DNA of 40,914 bases from Clostridia bacterium. GTDB lineage: Bacteria > Bacillota > Sulfobacillia > SLMV01. Shown piece by piece: positions 38,344-40,914 of the stretch; positions within the stretch are counted from its first letter, which is position 1; the number at the start of each line of letters is the position of its first letter. The DNA is taken from positions 1 through 40,914 of the forward strand of contig PWGR01000020.1 of the NCBI GenBank assembly GCA_003554565.1. Reading direction: 5' to 3'. Made by a program: the position numbers and the translations under genes. The notes beneath the pieces were generated by a model. It did no database searches. It saw only the letters and a program-made list of their open reading frames with translations, and was not told the origin of the DNA.

Positions 38344-38937
38344 TTATTTCTTACTCTTGCCTCGTTTAATTACACTGTCGACGACGCCGTATTCCTTGGC
38401 CTCCTCCGCCGACATAAAGAAATCTCGATCGGAGTCCCGCTCGATAACTTCGATGCTCTTGCCGGTATGATGAGCCATCAGCTCATTGTACCTTCGACGC
38501 ATCTTGAGTATCTCATCGGCGTATATCCGTACATCCTCAGCACTTCCCCCCGCCTGCCCCTGGGGCTGGTGAATCATTATGCGGGCATTTGGCAGTGCGA
38601 ATCTCTTGCCATCGGTGCCTCCTGTCAAGAGCAGGGCACCCATGCTGGCAGCCAACCCCACACAGTAGGTGACCACATCGGGCTTGACATGCTGCATCGT
38701 ATCGTACACTCCCAGTCCGGAGTCAACACTACCGCCGGGAGAATTGATGTATATGGAAATGTCCCGATCCGGGTCATCTGCCTCCAGAAACAGAAGCTGG
38801 GCAATAACCAGATTTGCCACCGTGTCATCTATGGGACTGCCAATAAAGATTATCCGGTCCTTCAATAGGCGTGAATATATATCGTATGCACGCTCACCTC
38901 GCGCAGTCTGCTCCACAACCATAGGTACGAGATTCAT
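38344..38937 (-). CDS. clpP: ATP-dependent Clp protease proteolytic subunit ClpP
   Basis: [28 protein letters not shown]..., active-site GLAASMG, IMIHQP. ATG at 38937 follows GAAGGAGGGAG. The longer ORF (to 39120) is rejected. Confidence 0.96.
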   Translation of the reverse strand: MNLVPMVVEQTARGERAYDIYSRLLKDRIIFIGSPIDDTVANLVIAQLLFLEADDPDRDISIYINSPGGSVDSGLGVYDTMQHVKPDVVTYCVGLAASMGALLLTGGTDGKRFALPNARIMIHQPQGQAGGSAEDVRIYADEILKMRRRYNELMAHHTGKSIEVIERDSDRDFFMSAEEAKEYGVVDSVIKRGKSKK

Positions 38938-39037
38938 TTGCCTGTGCTCCCTCCTTCGCACCAGTTGACAGCTGGAGTGTAGTATACAGCTTCCGCCCGC
39001 AGCAGTCACGCTCCCAATAACCGGCGCCACATTCTGT

Positions 39038-40519
39038 TTAGGCTTCCCCGGAGGGTTCGCCGTTAACAGTTCGCTCCTCCTCAGTGCCCGGGTCGTCTCC
39101 GGGATCCTGCGCTTCATCACCTTCTGCTTCCATCATCTCCTGTTGACGCTGCATGTACTCTTCCTGCCACTTCTCGCGCCTTTCGTCCACTCTCTGCTTC
39201 ACTTCATCATATTCAGGATCTGCGTCGGCGGCCAAAAATCCCCGCGTCTTGCGAATCCGCATCTGCTGAATCATACGGTCGCGGTACTCGTCGTTTTGCA
39301 TACTCATCTGGCGCAGTAAAGAGGCGTCCATGCCCATGGACATCGCCTGCTCTTCCATCTCATCCTCCAGCTCATCGTCCGAGACCTCGATGCCCTCCTC
39401 AGCAGCGATAGCCTCGAGTACCACCATTTCTCTCACCTGCGCCTCGGCCTGTGGACGAAACTCCTCACGGAGCTCATCCATCGAGTCCATTCCGCGTGAG
39501 GCGAGGAATTGCTCCATCGTGATCTCCTGGCCCGCCAGGCGCTGTTCGGTGTTGGAAATCATTTCATCGATGGCATTGGAGACCAGCGCATCCGGGGTTT
39601 CCAGCTCAGCATTTTCCACCGCAGCATCGGCCGCGGCCTGCTCCAGATCATTGAGGGCTGTCTCCTCACGCCGGTGTGTCAGTTGCTCCTTGAGTGATTC
39701 GCGCAGTGACTCGACGCTATCCTCGCCGAACTCCTCTTGCGCCAGTTCATCGTCAAGCTCCGGCAGGTCCTTCTCCTTGATCTCCTTGATTTCCACCCGG
39801 AAGGTCACTTCTTCTCCGGCAAGCTCATCAACAGGAAACTCTGCGGGTAGCTCGGATGGAAATTCCCTGGTATCCCCGGCCGCTGCACCGACCAGGGCCT
39901 CGTCAAACCCCGGAAGGTTGTCGGACTCACCGATCTCGACCATGGCCTCTTCGCCCTGCAGCTGCTCAACGGGTTCACCCTCATGGTATGCCTGGAAATC
40001 GCACACAGCAATGAGTCCCGGAGCCAGCTCGGCATCCTCATCCTCAACTGCAATCATGGAGGCCCGAGAATCAAGAAAACGCTGCAGATTCTCCTCGACA
40101 TCCTCTTCGGTCACATCCTCCAGCTCGAGCCCCAGGTCAAAGCCGGTATATTGCCCAAGAGTTACTCCCGGCATTACTTCGACCTCCACGGTGAACTCGA
40201 CTCCCTCATCTGCATCGCGCTCCGTGAGGTCGAGTTCTCCAGCACCAATCGCCTCCAGCTCAGTCTGCTCCACGGCCTCATTATAAGCCTCCGAAATCAT
40301 ATCCTCGAGGGCTTCCTCCCACAACACTTCGGCACCAAAGTGCCTCTCAAATAGTGGCCGCGGTACTTTCCCCTTGCGGAACCCGGGAATCTCCACGTCC
40401 CGGCGCAGACTGTGAAATGCGGCATCCAGGTGTTCCTTTACCTTATCGGGCTCGATGTGTACGTGCAGTACGCGCACGTTCTCTTTCTCTTCACTTTTCT
40501 CCACTCTTGCCTTTACCAC
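39038..40519 (-). CDS. tig: Trigger factor with an extended acidic C-terminal tail
   Basis: GFRKGKVP ribosome-binding signature, a central FKBP-like region, and a C-terminal arm domain. It has about 60 extra charged residues at the end. Confidence 0.93.
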   Translation of the reverse strand: MVKARVEKSEEKENVRVLHVHIEPDKVKEHLDAAFHSLRRDVEIPGFRKGKVPRPLFERHFGAEVLWEEALEDMISEAYNEAVEQTELEAIGAGELDLTERDADEGVEFTVEVEVMPGVTLGQYTGFDLGLELEDVTEEDVEENLQRFLDSRASMIAVEDEDAELAPGLIAVCDFQAYHEGEPVEQLQGEEAMVEIGESDNLPGFDEALVGAAAGDTREFPSELPAEFPVDELAGEEVTFRVEIKEIKEKDLPELDDELAQEEFGEDSVESLRESLKEQLTHRREETALNDLEQAAADAAVENAELETPDALVSNAIDEMISNTEQRLAGQEITMEQFLASRGMDSMDELREEFRPQAEAQVREMVVLEAIAAEEGIEVSDDELEDEMEEQAMSMGMDASLLRQMSMQNDEYRDRMIQQMRIRKTRGFLAADADPEYDEVKQRVDERREKWQEEYMQRQQEMMEAEGDEAQDPGDDPGTEEERTVNGEPSGEA

Positions 40520-40633
40520 AAGTGGTCCCCTTTCCCAGCATCGACCATAATTCGCACGGAAGAAAGACTCTCTCGAGTGACTGCCCCTATGATAACCAAT
40601 CGACTGCGAGCATGTCCAATATTACGAGAAGGT

Positions 40634-40664
40634 ATCAAACAGGGCAGCGGTTGAACCACTGCCC
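40634..40664 (-). terminator. Terminator after tRNA-Leu
   Basis: Minus strand reads GGGCAGTGG, loop TTCAA, CCGCTGCCC (one G-U pair), then TGTTTGAT. Confidence 0.5.
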
Positions 40665-40672
40665 CGCTCCTG

Positions 40673-40755
40673 TGCGAGGGAAGGGACTCGAACCCTTACG
40701 CCCTGCGGGCACGGGATCCTAAATCCCGCGCGTCTGCCAATTCCGCCACCCTCGC
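40673..40755 (-). tRNA. tRNA-Leu (anticodon UAG), class II with a long variable arm
   Basis: Acceptor GCGAGGG/CCCTCGC, anticodon loop UUUAGGA, variable arm TGCCCGCAGGGCGT, T-loop TTCGAGT. CCA is not encoded. Confidence 0.9.
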
Positions 40756-40799
40756 AGCCTGATCACGCGCCAAACATCTGCAAGAACTGTTCCTTAGCT

Positions 40800-40828
40800 A
40801 TGATAGATCTGCGGCATCGCGGTGTCAA
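40800..40828 (-). promoter_or_regulatory. Sigma-A type promoter of tRNA-Leu
   Basis: Minus strand reads TTGACA (40828-40823), a 17-nt spacer, then TATCAT (40805-40800). Confidence 0.55.
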
Positions 40829-40914
40829 TGAGCACCCGACAGCTCCGCTGCATGTGGATGAGTGGGCGTACTGCCCGACGGGCTTTCCGCGCAAGAGAAG
40901 TCTGCAGCCTTCAA

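Noticed and set aside
38938-39120. 61-codon N-terminal extension of clpP that overlaps the tig 3' end
   Set aside because: ClpP homology begins at [11 protein letters not shown], and GAAGGAGGGAG precedes that ATG. The extension is basic, low-complexity read-through of the intergenic region.
40756-40914. Possible partial CDS at the right edge
   Set aside because: No frame gives a recognisable peptide. The stretch contains the tRNA-Leu promoter, so it is left unannotated.

Overview
This is a GC-rich bacterial chromosome segment whose gene order is typical of endospore-forming Firmicutes/Clostridia. All confidently called genes except an MFS transporter, a flavin reductase and a partial edge CDS lie on the minus strand. 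Read along the minus strand (right to left) it contains: tRNA-Leu; tig-clpP-clpX; a decayed accessory patch of about 4 kb; a compact cheW-cheA-cheY-cheB-cheR-cheX operon; an MFS transporter (+) divergent from a frameshifted QueG-like Fe-S gene; T-box-controlled valS; a PrcB-like/SPOR/DUF4321 trio; maf-radC-mreBCD-mrdA-minCDE-rodA; a SpoIVFA/SpoIVFB-like M23/M50 pair; a split TIGR03960/TIGR03936 radical-SAM pair; rng; rplU-prp-rpmA; obg; nadD; an LCP gene; rsfS; and tRNA-Ala. The accessory patch holds a class-C group II intron stump behind the clpX terminator, a frameshifted thioredoxin-like gene, a flavin reductase (+), a broken GGDEF/HD-GYP gene and a GNAT. I saw no CRISPR array, no intact mobile element and no recognisable defence island. 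The points most worth a second look are: (1) the intron stump and the cluster of inactivating lesions confined to accessory genes; (2) cheW, whose conserved N-terminus lies upstream of any ATG/GTG/TTG and appears to start at ATT; (3) an in-frame TAG sitting exactly where a GGDEF signature should be, upstream of an HD-GYP domain; (4) the conserved but uncharacterised radical-SAM pair coupled to rng and the L21-Prp-L27 operon. All calls come from motif recognition by eye; no searches were run.
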